In this document: piece after piece, positions 14,824-15,279 of the stretch
Numbering within the stretch: position 1 is the stretch's first letter
How the letters are laid out: every line of letters starts with the position of its first letter
Virus record (IMG/VR): IMGVR_UViG_2531839149_000015
Origin: a virus
Lineage: Duplodnaviria > Heunggongvirae > Uroviricota > Caudoviricetes
Length of the DNA: 15,279 bases
Direction: 5' to 3' (one strand)
Notes under the pieces: generated by a model
Databases searched by the model: none
The model's input: the letters and a program-made list of their open reading frames with translations, nothing else
What the model was told of the DNA's origin: nothing
Translations under genes and position numbers: made by a program

Positions 14824-15279
14824 ATGGCAGTTACAACCCTTAACAGCGTAGCGGATTACCTGCTTTGCTTTGCTCAAGAGCATGGGGATGTTATGACGCC
14901 GCTGAAACTGCAAAAAATGGTGTTCTATGCTGATGCTTGGTTCATGGCGCTGAATGATGGCGAAGAACTGGTTGCTGACAAGTTTGAAGCATGGGTACAT
15001 GGCCCTGTAGCCAGAGATTTGTATACCAGATTTGCAGATTACAAATGGCGCTCAATAGACGAAGAGATTGCCTGCCCTGAGTTACCTGCGAATGTGTCAA
15101 AGCATCTAAAGGAAATCTATGAGGTATTTGGCGGTTATACAGCTTATGAGCTGGAGCAGATGACGCACCAAGAAAAGCCGTGGCTGGAGGCCCGTGAAGG
15201 GGTTCCATCAGATGCGCCGTGCAAGAATGTTATTGATAAAAGTGTAACGGCTGAGTTTTATCGTTCGATGGCTTCCTAA
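14824..15279 (+). CDS. Panacea-domain (DUF4065) protein, PanA/SocA/GepA-like putative antitoxin
   Basis: Start set at ATG 14824 (RBS AGGAGA 7 nt upstream) rather than the ORF-track start 14593. 151 aa with TPLKLQKMVFYADAWFMALNDGEEL, matching the Panacea signature as I recall it. Stop is at the last base of the window. Confidence 0.7.
   Translation: MAVTTLNSVADYLLCFAQEHGDVMTPLKLQKMVFYADAWFMALNDGEELVADKFEAWVHGPVARDLYTRFADYKWRSIDEEIACPELPANVSKHLKEIYEVFGGYTAYELEQMTHQEKPWLEAREGVPSDAPCKNVIDKSVTAEFYRSMAS

Overview
This window looks like the left (integrase-proximal) part of a mosaic lambdoid prophage inserted into the 5' end of prfC. All calls rest on reading the sequence and ORF translations by eye; no database search was run. 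Left to right: a prfC 5' fragment (91-165), a P4-type tyrosine integrase, an AT-rich cargo gene for an AIPR-like abortive-infection protein between int and an AlpA/Xis-like gene, a leftward translationally coupled early operon resembling the CPS-53 yfdP-Q-R-S-T cluster, a ~470-bp structured non-coding region, an oppositely oriented moron (coiled-coil/zinc-ribbon protein with its own terminator), a CI/Cro/CII-like immunity region with CTAAN-N4-CTTAG operators, a replication initiator with in-gene iterons, a PerC-like-tailed protein, a phage Dam methyltransferase, a LexA-DNA-binding-domain-only protein and a truncated rusA. Beyond rusA the synteny breaks into a segment bounded by ~35-bp imperfect direct repeats (RHH regulator, small membrane protein, iteron-like array, PerC-family regulator), and the window ends on a Panacea-domain (PanA/SocA-like) antitoxin gene. 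Best candidates for accessory or defence functions are the AIPR-like gene, the zinc-ribbon moron with its structured upstream region, the RHH/membrane-protein pair and the Panacea module.
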